Source: a virus (taxonomy: Duplodnaviria; Caudoviricetes). From it: a stretch of DNA of 53,650 bases. Shown here one piece after another: positions 45,906 to 53,650 of the stretch; position 1 is the first letter of the stretch, and the number at the start of each line of letters is the position of its first letter. A program made the position numbers and the translations under genes. Below the pieces are notes generated by a model, which was given only the letters and a program-made list of their open reading frames with translations, was not told where the DNA came from and did not search any database. The stretch spans positions 1 through 53,650 of IMG/VR virus record IMGVR_UViG_3300031707_000026; one strand, given 5' to 3'.

Positions 45906-46370
45906 ATGACAGATTACTACTCAGAGTGTGAGGACGGGTTCGTTGCATTGCTCCAGACCTTGTCGACATTCTTCAAACATGATTGGCAAGTGTCAAACGA
46001 TGACTCTAATCTAGCTCGAGGAGCAGAATATTTCGTTATCGTCAGACCTGGAGCCCTTCCTCACACGATAGTTTCAGATCAGCAACGTGAGTTCCATTGG
46101 GAGATTATTTTCGATCTCGATGTCAAGTTTACCGAATATAAGACTTCTTGGAACAAGTTCAAAGAAGTGCGATCTGCTATTATCAATCTAGTCTTCTCGA
46201 ACCCAACGATGCTAGATACCCCGGGAGTCTTCAGTGTCAATATAGACTCCTCAGAACGAGCTCAGTATTTGAAGTTCTCTGAGGGTCCTAAAGCTATAGC
46301 TGCATTCATCATCCAAACTATGCGAGCTACTATTACTCAGCTTGTGAAGTTCGAAGGTGGTGAGTTTTGA
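45906..46370 (+). CDS. Tail terminator-like protein
   Basis: Position before the tail tube; acidic, about 154 aa. Confidence 0.5.
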   Translation: MTDYYSECEDGFVALLQTLSTFFKHDWQVSNDDSNLARGAEYFVIVRPGALPHTIVSDQQREFHWEIIFDLDVKFTEYKTSWNKFKEVRSAIINLVFSNPTMLDTPGVFSVNIDSSERAQYLKFSEGPKAIAAFIIQTMRATITQLVKFEGGEF

Positions 46371-46558
46371 AAGGAGATACTCGTGAGTGATAAAGTGAAA
46401 TGTCCCATGTGTGGTGCAAATCTTGATCTTGTGCCACACCCGTCTGAAGCCAATCGACAGGTTGCTTACTGTACTTGTCGTGGTGCTAAAGTCCCAGTGA
46501 TTAGTGTCTTGAAATCTCACATCACTCGGACACCTCCTGAGAAGAAAGAAGGTGAAAA

Positions 46559-47368
46559 ATGACTGAAGTTTCTGGTGAGATGTATGCTGTTGGTGCACGT
46601 CGTGCAATACTGTTCGAGTTGGATGCTGAAGGATATCCTGCAGCCATTGCGCCCGCTACCACTCCGTACGAAGGTATTGAGCTTCTAGGCATTAAAAGCT
46701 TTGATCTCAATATCCCTGCTGTTCGCAAGATCGTTCATTCAGGCAACGATCGTGTACTGGCCCATGACTTCCTGCCTGCTCTTGAGGGTGCTGGTGGGAC
46801 GTTGACGGTCGCAGGACGCAGCTTGGCGTTGGATGCTATGATAGCTGGCATCAACGTAGTGACTTTGGGTGAGAGTCAGTTTATCCCTCAGGATACTGAC
46901 CAGCAAGGCTCCGAGCCTGATGTAGCACTGTTCATTGCTCAACAGGCTAAAGATGCTACTAGTCGCAGTCGTCGATATCGCTATCAGATTGTCCCGAAAT
47001 GCGTCGTCTCTGCAGCTCCCCCTGGCATGAACGAGAACCCAGCTGAGTCAAAGTACGAGATTGCGATTAGTCCAACAACCAAGCATTTGTGGGGCTTGGA
47101 GTTCACAATCGCTGATGACGGCTGTCTTGAGGCTGGCGTGATCGAAGGTATGGCCGAAAATCGACCGAACATTGTAGCTTGGTTGGCAGATGCTAGCGAG
47201 GATGAGTTCTTGTTCCCAGTTGCCAAGCCGGCAGTGTCTGTAGACAAGATTCACGCTACATACGTGAATGGTGTTCTGACTGTCCCGGATACTATTGCTG
47301 TTGACAGTCTCAGTTTTACTGCGCCTCCAGCAGACGATGCAATCATCGTCTGCTTCTACGAGTACTAG
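46559..47368 (+). CDS. Major tail (tube) protein
   Basis: 269 aa, acidic, precedes chaperone and tape-measure genes. Confidence 0.65.
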   Translation: MTEVSGEMYAVGARRAILFELDAEGYPAAIAPATTPYEGIELLGIKSFDLNIPAVRKIVHSGNDRVLAHDFLPALEGAGGTLTVAGRSLALDAMIAGINVVTLGESQFIPQDTDQQGSEPDVALFIAQQAKDATSRSRRYRYQIVPKCVVSAAPPGMNENPAESKYEIAISPTTKHLWGLEFTIADDGCLEAGVIEGMAENRPNIVAWLADASEDEFLFPVAKPAVSVDKIHATYVNGVLTVPDTIAVDSLSFTAPPADDAIIVCFYEY

Positions 47369-47369
47369 A

Positions 47370-47756
47370 ATGGACCTCAAGAAAGAAGTTGTTGAGTTCC
47401 GTGATGGCTCGAAGGTAACTGTAGCTGAAGCTACTTGGTCGGTCTCGATTCGACTACAAGAGCTCGAAGAACAAGCTAGCAAAGCCCCACGAGAAGATCC
47501 ATCAGAGCAGATCTTTCATCTTCTCGTGTACCCCAAGCTCCTAGCTTGTTCTTCGGGAGACGTCCCTGATTTGGAGACAGCACTGATGATGCCATCGTCA
47601 GAGATCGATAGGTGGTACTTCGCTGTCAAACGAATCAACCCTGATTGGTTTGTTGCTCTCGAACAGGCTGCGAAGCTGGCTGAAAGCAAAGAGCTCGAAT
47701 CGGAGACCATCTCAAAAAAAGGGAAGAAGCCGATAGGATCTACTCCAAGCTCATAG
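47370..47756 (+). CDS. Tail assembly chaperone (gpG-like)
   Basis: ATG 47370; slippery A-AAA-AAA-G at 47714-47721. Confidence 0.7.
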   Translation: MDLKKEVVEFRDGSKVTVAEATWSVSIRLQELEEQASKAPREDPSEQIFHLLVYPKLLACSSGDVPDLETALMMPSSEIDRWYFAVKRINPDWFVALEQAAKLAESKELESETISKKGKKPIGSTPSS

Positions 47757-48004
47757 CTCTCGTCGAGAGTGATAGAGGTGGAGATCTACCAGACTATCTC
47801 GATCTTCCTGAAGGCGAGATCCTCAAAGCTTGGCCACAGTGGGTCCTGTGGAGAGCTACTGGTAGACGGCTCGACTTCTTGTCGGCACAAGACCTGCCTT
47901 CGAGGATCCTTGATGTCATCTTGCTCTTAGATGATCTATACGGGCGACTAGAATTGCAGCAAGCTTCGAAGAAGCGACTTAACAGAGGAGAAGAAAATGC
48001 CTAG
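47714..48004 (+). CDS. -1 frameshift extension of the tail chaperone (gpGT-like)
   Basis: The -1 frame from 47720 (REEADRIYSKL...WVLWRATG...) is open to TAG 48002-48004 and fills the gap before the tape measure gene. Confidence 0.7.
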   Translation, partial: KKREEADRIYSKLIALVESDRGGDLPDYLDLPEGEILKAWPQWVLWRATGRRLDFLSAQDLPSRILDVILLLDDLYGRLELQQASKKRLNRGEENA

Positions 48005-50333
48005 GACTGTTACAGCTGGTGAAGCTGAAGCTCGACTTTGGTTACAACTGCTTCTCGATAACGAGTCTCTGGATAAGACCCAGCAGGGTCTTAAAGATCT
48101 GGCTGCAGGGATTGCGGGGATGGAGCAGGCTTCAGCTGCAGCATCAAAAGCTTCTGGGACAGCATCAGATCAAAATCTGAAAAGACTGAGGGCTGAAGAG
48201 GTCCAGACTGTACATACTCAGTCTCAGTATCGACGTCTTCAGTTTGCTGCTCGATCTATGGGAGAAGTATTCACGATTACAGCTGTAGCTTCTACAGCGA
48301 TATTCGCAGGAGCTGCCGCCTGGGCCAACAAGTACATCACTGATGCTAAAGCCTCGACAGCTGTTGTTCAAGGGTGGCGAGTCAAGGTTGATCAGCTGAA
48401 GACTTCACAGAGTCGAGTGGGAGCAGTCTTAGCTGCAGAGCTGCTACCTCTTCTAGAGAAAGCCGCAGAGCTGGCAGACAAGGGAGCGGCTTTCGTAGAA
48501 GCACATCCTGACATCATCAAAGCTGTTCTTACTACAGCAGGTGCTGTAGCTGCGATTTCTGCGATTGGCTTAGCAGTAACTAAAGGGTTCAAGATCTATG
48601 CTGATATTGGGTACATAGCAGCAACATATCGTCAAGTTCAAGCTTCAGCTGCGTATGCCTCAGCAACAGCTGTAGGTCTAGAAGCTGCAAAGATTCAGAT
48701 GGCAGCTGCTACTATGCAGGTTACTGGTGTCCCAGCTGCAGCAGTAGCAGGAGCTGCCATGGGTCCTGCTGGTGCTGCTGCAGCTGGTTTTGCATGGAAT
48801 GCGGCAGCCGGTCGATACATCAGTACGACAACTGGTCGATTTGTTACAGCAGGGGCAGCAACAGCAGTCGCTACGGGAGTCCCAATAACTATAGGAACTG
48901 CTGCACTGACGATAGGTGCTCTCATTCTCGGAGCTGAAGCTGGGTTGATTGTAGGCAATGCAATCGCTAAGTTGATATATGGAGCGGGATATGAAAAGCA
49001 AGGCTGGGGAGATCTATTAACTACTCTTGTAGGAGGTTGGACAAGTATTGGTGGGGCTGCTATTCTTGCTCTGGAGAAAATAGGGTTATCTGAGACTGCC
49101 GCTAAGTCTGCGTGGGAAGTTCTAAGTAGAACAGCTGAAGCACGTTATACAGAAAAGGCTGCAGTCGCTCCAGCTGTTGGTTCTATCGAATACGTGAGCT
49201 TATTCGTCAAGCAAAATCTTCAACTATGGGTAGATTATAACAAACAGATAACTGCTGCTACAGAATCCTATGCTAAGCAGCGAGTAGCTTTGGAGACTAA
49301 CTATGAGAAGCAACGTAATGCTACTGTAGCTAGTTATGCTAAACAACGGGCGGCATCGGAAGCGAGTTACAATCTTGGTGTTTCTAGAGACTGGCGTGCC
49401 TATTTGCAAAGCGAAGGGGATGCTCAACGTCAGTACTATGCTAATAGAATACAAGCTGTTAGAGACAACACTGAGCAAGTTCGTAGGATAGAGCAAGATC
49501 ATCAGATCGAGATGACTCGTGATCTAGAAGATCACGAGATTAAACAGAGAGACCTACTCGAAGCTCGTGATGGTCTAGCAATGATCCGCGAGGACGAACA
49601 GTACGAGCTGGAACGGCGACGTAAAGAGGAGGACTACATTCTAGAGCTTGGTCGCATTCGTTCTGAGACCGCTGCTCGACTAGGCGAAATGGAGAGTCAG
49701 TTCGCACAAGAACGTGCTTTACGTCGTCGTGATTTCATGCAACGACTGGCCGATAATGCTCTCAACCACAAGATCGAGATGGAGCAGATGGCGGCTAATT
49801 ATGCAGAGTCCTTGAAACAAGAGGAGGCCGACTACAACGAGCAGGTTAGAGCGCTAGAGGAGTCGTACCGCGAGCAAATCTCTATGCTGGAGAAAGCTTT
49901 TAGAGAGAGGCTGATAAGTCTGGATAACGCTATCCTAGGTGACCTTGCAGCTGTTCAAGCTGCTACGGCTAAAATGGTCGCGAGCTTTCGAGCGTGGTTG
50001 ATTAAGGCCGCTCAGTTAAACTTACCAGCTCCTACCGGCACCAAAGCAGCTGGTGGGTACGCCGATTACGGTCTTTACTGGTTAGGAGAGGGACGGAAAA
50101 GAGAGTTCGTTCTGAACAACCGCTCTACGCAAATAGCAGAACGTGCTATTGGAGGCCAGCTATCTCAAGAACGGATTCTTGCTGCTATGATGGGTGGAGG
50201 CGGCCGTGGCGGCAGGTATGTAGACCAACGTACCATACAGTTTACTGGCGTAACCGAAGCTGATCGTGCAGCCATTAGACGCGACATGTACGAAGTCTCA
50301 TATGAGGTGGTTGCGGAGGCGATGAAACAATGA
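47997..50333 (+). CDS. Tape measure protein
   Basis: 778 aa, Ala/Gly-rich helical, hydrophobic middle, long coiled coil, AAGG...GEG..EFVL C-terminal motif. Confidence 0.85.
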   Translation: MPRTVTAGEAEARLWLQLLLDNESLDKTQQGLKDLAAGIAGMEQASAAASKASGTASDQNLKRLRAEEVQTVHTQSQYRRLQFAARSMGEVFTITAVASTAIFAGAAAWANKYITDAKASTAVVQGWRVKVDQLKTSQSRVGAVLAAELLPLLEKAAELADKGAAFVEAHPDIIKAVLTTAGAVAAISAIGLAVTKGFKIYADIGYIAATYRQVQASAAYASATAVGLEAAKIQMAAATMQVTGVPAAAVAGAAMGPAGAAAAGFAWNAAAGRYISTTTGRFVTAGAATAVATGVPITIGTAALTIGALILGAEAGLIVGNAIAKLIYGAGYEKQGWGDLLTTLVGGWTSIGGAAILALEKIGLSETAAKSAWEVLSRTAEARYTEKAAVAPAVGSIEYVSLFVKQNLQLWVDYNKQITAATESYAKQRVALETNYEKQRNATVASYAKQRAASEASYNLGVSRDWRAYLQSEGDAQRQYYANRIQAVRDNTEQVRRIEQDHQIEMTRDLEDHEIKQRDLLEARDGLAMIREDEQYELERRRKEEDYILELGRIRSETAARLGEMESQFAQERALRRRDFMQRLADNALNHKIEMEQMAANYAESLKQEEADYNEQVRALEESYREQISMLEKAFRERLISLDNAILGDLAAVQAATAKMVASFRAWLIKAAQLNLPAPTGTKAAGGYADYGLYWLGEGRKREFVLNNRSTQIAERAIGGQLSQERILAAMMGGGGRGGRYVDQRTIQFTGVTEADRAAIRRDMYEVSYEVVAEAMKQ

Positions 50334-50734
50334 CCACTCGATATCTCTTTATGATCGGCACTACTATGACGGGAGGGGCAGACCCGATAACCAACTTAGA
50401 GGAACTTGCGGTCCCTATCATTCCACCTAAGTCTACGTTCTCGTTGTACTCATCAATAGTAGAATTAGCTGACGGGAGCAAACGAGGTATTGGTGCTCCT
50501 GTTGCATCATGGCACTGGGGTTTCCTCCCAAGGAACATGAGAGACAAACTACGTGAATTCTGCCCGGGAGTATCATCGGCAGTATACATACGTACATATA
50601 CCAAGGACAACGCCGGAGCTCCCAAGTACTTTTTGTGTCAGATGATATGGCCATCGATTGACGAGGAAACTGACAACACCAAGGCTCTCGACTTCACCCT
50701 TGAATTCAGGCAGTTGGAACTACAAGGAGGCTGA
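50330..50734 (+). CDS. Distal tail-like protein
   Basis: Follows the tape measure gene with an ATGA overlap. Confidence 0.55.
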   Translation: MTTRYLFMIGTTMTGGADPITNLEELAVPIIPPKSTFSLYSSIVELADGSKRGIGAPVASWHWGFLPRNMRDKLREFCPGVSSAVYIRTYTKDNAGAPKYFLCQMIWPSIDEETDNTKALDFTLEFRQLELQGG

Positions 50735-50740
50735 TCCCCA

Positions 50741-53650
50741 ATGGCCCTTCGAGACGCTTCTACTGACGAGAAAGCGTACTTGAGAACCGACGGGCAACAC
50801 AGTCGGTTGTATTTAGCTTTCCCTCAACCTGCGATAGTGTTCAAGGCTCTAGTCAACAACGCTAGCATTAACAACGACATGATTGCTAGTATAGAGTACG
50901 ATACCATCGATGAACCTGGCTCTTGGGCTAACATACTTCCTGATATGACCTTGTTAGTAGGATCTAACGAAGGCGAATGTGATTTGGGAATAGCACGAAT
51001 GCGTAAGGACGGTGTAGCTGACGCCCCTGCCACTGACGCATTGCTCTACATCGGCGAAACATCTGAAGTGAAATTCGCCGATGACATGCATCTGACTGTT
51101 ATCGACGAGTATGGACTATGGCCTCGTCACAAGTATGTTCAGTCCGGCGACGAGCACATTGACTACATGGATAGAAACGTTGTGTACACTGATCAGCACG
51201 AACTACTAGACCCTGTGCCAGTGCTGGGGCCAGACCGTGTGTTGTTTTATAAAGGTGTTTTGGCTGCGCATCCAGGTAACAGTGTTTCCACCCAAATGGA
51301 CGCGTCCGAATCCTACTGCCTTAGTTCATCCGACGGAAAAGCCTATTTGTGGACAGCTGCAACTGGTACAATTGATGACGATTCTATAGCCAATCCAACC
51401 ATTCACTTCCACGCACCCGGGACACACCGAGTTTCTTGTGAAGTAACAATCGGTGGTAAGAGCTTTACAGGACGTCGTGTTATAGTAGTGTATGACGATA
51501 CATCGCTACCAGTTAGCGACTTCAAACTCGCATCCTGCCGCGGCGATTATCAGGGCGGCGGCTGGGACTTCAAAGTGACTATGTACGGCCACGCCGACCT
51601 GGACTTAGTTCGTGACCGAGCACAGGTGATTTTGTTTGCACGAGACTGGTATGGAGATGTAACTAGTCACCTAACTTCTGCAGCGATATCATTTGAGGCC
51701 TCCTCACACAAGATAAAGAAGTCTTCAGGACTAGATATATTCCCTGCAGGATCAACTATTCAAGTAAGTGGGTCAGCCCACAACCGTGGTACTTTTACTG
51801 TCCTCTCCGGCAGCGGCTCGTCCTACCTCATCGTTACAGAAACTATAGTAGACGAATCAGCTGGTGCCTCTGTAACCATCCAAATACTGAATGGCCATAC
51901 AGAGCTTAGCATCGGGCAGATCCCCGGATGCGAGAACATTATAGCCAGTGGCTGGATAGACAAAGAGGACTTGAAGCTAGATGTCGACGGCGGGACTGCT
52001 TCATTCACTGCTCACGGCCCTAACTACTGGCTCAACCAAATGGAGGGCTTCATATCCGGTCTACGACATAGTGAGACTGCCCCAACAGAGTGGAACTACG
52101 TACTAGACCTGACAGTAGACAAGGGCTTGTGGGATCTGCTTCATTGGCGCTCTACTGCTACTGTGGTAATAGATGTTAAACTGACGGGGAGTACTCAGTT
52201 GATACCCACTATGGAGTCGGTGTCAGTAGGCTCTTTATGGGAACAAATAACAGGCCAAGCGTACAGCACGATGTTAGCTACGGCGTGTTGTGACCGGTAC
52301 GGACGATTGTTTATAGAAGTTAACGGCCAGTACGTCCCACTTGGCGAAAGAAACTTCATCAGCGTGATGACCATTGAAGCATATGATCGTATAGGCGAGA
52401 TAGAAGTTGAGCGCTCGACTGTCGACCCAACTAGCACGATTGACCTCTCAGGTGTTTGGTTTGACGGTGTGACAGGATATGCAGTACATGCACTAGCTTA
52501 TGGTCATGTTATGGGTAGGTATGGCAGGACAGAGGGGATAGACAAAGTAATCGTAGAAGACCAAGAGCATTGCAACGAATTAGCCGCACTCATTCTAGCC
52601 CAACGTAACAACGAATATCCCAACATGCGTATCGAGTTGGCCAGCAATATGCGGCTGGTAGACGTGTGTCCGCAGCAACAACTGTTTGTGGTAACAGATA
52701 CTGACATGAATCCCCGAGAGATCACTATCAGCAACAACATATTTGTAAGAGGAATGACCATTGCATTCAACGACAAGGCTAAAAGCATATCAATCGAGGT
52801 CGATGGAGAACCTGAGACTGTTGAAGTAGTCAACGTGGTTACAGGTGGTATCCCCATCATCGTTGAACCACCTGATGACATTACGCCTATTGAGTACCCA
52901 ATCCCTATATTCCCCCCAATTATTCCGATTATTGTGACACCGCCACCGCCGCCTCCTCCTCCTCCACCGCCGCCAGAAAATTGCCTAGATGATTCTCCGG
53001 CAAACGGTCCATTCTTTGCTAATTGGGATAGACCGTGGATAGATGGGAACTCCTCGACACCCGGGACTCATAGCACATACTTGTGGCATACAAGTACTCT
53101 CCGCTCAGGAGCGGCGACTAATCGAACAGTTCTCATATTCAACATCACTAACAGAGGAAGTTCTTACTCGCACTTACATCTTTATGGTATCGATGCAAGC
53201 GGGGCACGAATTGCTGTTGGCAACTTATATGTACTCTCAATTAATGGCAATGTCTATACCATGGAAGGTACTTTCGCTCAGTCTGCGGCTACTTCTATAG
53301 CTGGGTACGAACTAGTGATGGATGAGGGGTTTGATGCAGGTATGGGACCAGACTTAAATCTGGATGAGTCAACCGCTTATGCTGACATATATGAGTACGG
53401 CAGTTCTCATGCCGAAATTACACATCAGGAATTATATTTTCCCGGTACGAACCAAATACTATTCTATTGGGGAGCCGACACTACTGGTTATGGGTTGTGG
53501 TGGTACTATGCAGCATATGCTATAGCACATGGTATTATTCATCTTGCGGACGGGCAATATTCTAAGATTTTCTGTCACATCCAAATAACCGCTGGGGATG
53601 TAATTGGGTGTGCAGGCCCTCTTATTCCAGAAGGCCCAGGATATGGAGCA
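50741..53650 (+). CDS. Large minor tail/baseplate hub protein (continues to 379 via the circular junction; about 1051 aa)
   Basis: AAGGAGG RBS, ATG 50741, frame reads open to the window end and joins frame 2 at the window start; 12-Pro hinge at 52940-52975. Confidence 0.8.
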   Translation, partial: MALRDASTDEKAYLRTDGQHSRLYLAFPQPAIVFKALVNNASINNDMIASIEYDTIDEPGSWANILPDMTLLVGSNEGECDLGIARMRKDGVADAPATDALLYIGETSEVKFADDMHLTVIDEYGLWPRHKYVQSGDEHIDYMDRNVVYTDQHELLDPVPVLGPDRVLFYKGVLAAHPGNSVSTQMDASESYCLSSSDGKAYLWTAATGTIDDDSIANPTIHFHAPGTHRVSCEVTIGGKSFTGRRVIVVYDDTSLPVSDFKLASCRGDYQGGGWDFKVTMYGHADLDLVRDRAQVILFARDWYGDVTSHLTSAAISFEASSHKIKKSSGLDIFPAGSTIQVSGSAHNRGTFTVLSGSGSSYLIVTETIVDESAGASVTIQILNGHTELSIGQIPGCENIIASGWIDKEDLKLDVDGGTASFTAHGPNYWLNQMEGFISGLRHSETAPTEWNYVLDLTVDKGLWDLLHWRSTATVVIDVKLTGSTQLIPTMESVSVGSLWEQITGQAYSTMLATACCDRYGRLFIEVNGQYVPLGERNFISVMTIEAYDRIGEIEVERSTVDPTSTIDLSGVWFDGVTGYAVHALAYGHVMGRYGRTEGIDKVIVEDQEHCNELAALILAQRNNEYPNMRIELASNMRLVDVCPQQQLFVVTDTDMNPREITISNNIFVRGMTIAFNDKAKSISIEVDGEPETVEVVNVVTGGIPIIVEPPDDITPIEYPIPIFPPIIPIIVTPPPPPPPPPPPPENCLDDSPANGPFFANWDRPWIDGNSSTPGTHSTYLWHTSTLRSGAATNRTVLIFNITNRGSSYSHLHLYGIDASGARIAVGNLYVLSINGNVYTMEGTFAQSAATSIAGYELVMDEGFDAGMGPDLNLDESTAYADIYEYGSSHAEITHQELYFPGTNQILFYWGADTTGYGLWWYYAAYAIAHGIIHLADGQYSKIFCHIQITAGDVIGCAGPLIPEGPGYGA
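53518..53650. repeat. Terminal direct repeat, copy 2
   Basis: Matches 1-133 with one mismatch. Confidence 0.95.

Noticed and set aside
595-53300. Numerous short antisense or alternate-frame ORFs in the track (e.g. 1091-1408, 5222-5647, 15500-15997, 25620-26018, 38205-38672)
   Set aside because: Shadow ORFs overlapping well-supported genes, with no RBS or recognisable motifs
50741-53650. Diversity-generating retroelement acting on tail genes
   Set aside because: No reverse transcriptase, and the only repeat pair differs by C/T rather than at adenines

Overview
The window looks like a complete ~53.5-kb tailed (siphovirus-like) bacteriophage genome assembled as a circle: bases 1-133 repeat 53518-53650 with one mismatch, and a ~1051-aa tail gene runs across the junction. 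Layout: distal tail and lysis genes (387-5729, with only a 44-aa stub of a GH25 endolysin); a + strand replication/recombination operon (DUF932, SNF2 helicase, RuvC-like, PD-(D/E)XK nuclease, Sak4-like ATPase, DUF669 SSB, UDG-fused PolA, primase-helicase, MTase); a 7-deazaguanine DNA-modification locus (GNAT-queF-yhhQ-queD-queE-folE-queC bracketed by tRNA-fMet and an aberrant tRNA, then Nmad1-like, CxxxCxxCC and DpdA/TGT-like genes); a - strand array of small early-type genes; a repeat-rich divergent control region; and the packaging/head/tail operon. No integrase was recognised. Most interesting: (1) a GNAT overlapping queF plus a CxxxCxxCC protein next to dpdA, suggesting an N-acylated and/or methylated preQ1 base in DNA; (2) a stand-alone 93-aa gene with only 2 cytosines in 282 nt, both in Ala codons where C is obligatory; (3) nine intergenic structured elements in two covarying classes ahead of early genes; (4) a preQ1-I-riboswitch-like leader on yhhQ; (5) strong TCGA over-representation in the core genome; (6) four promoters with 11-bp-phased YTAATC boxes. 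Functional calls are from motif recognition by eye; no database searches were run.
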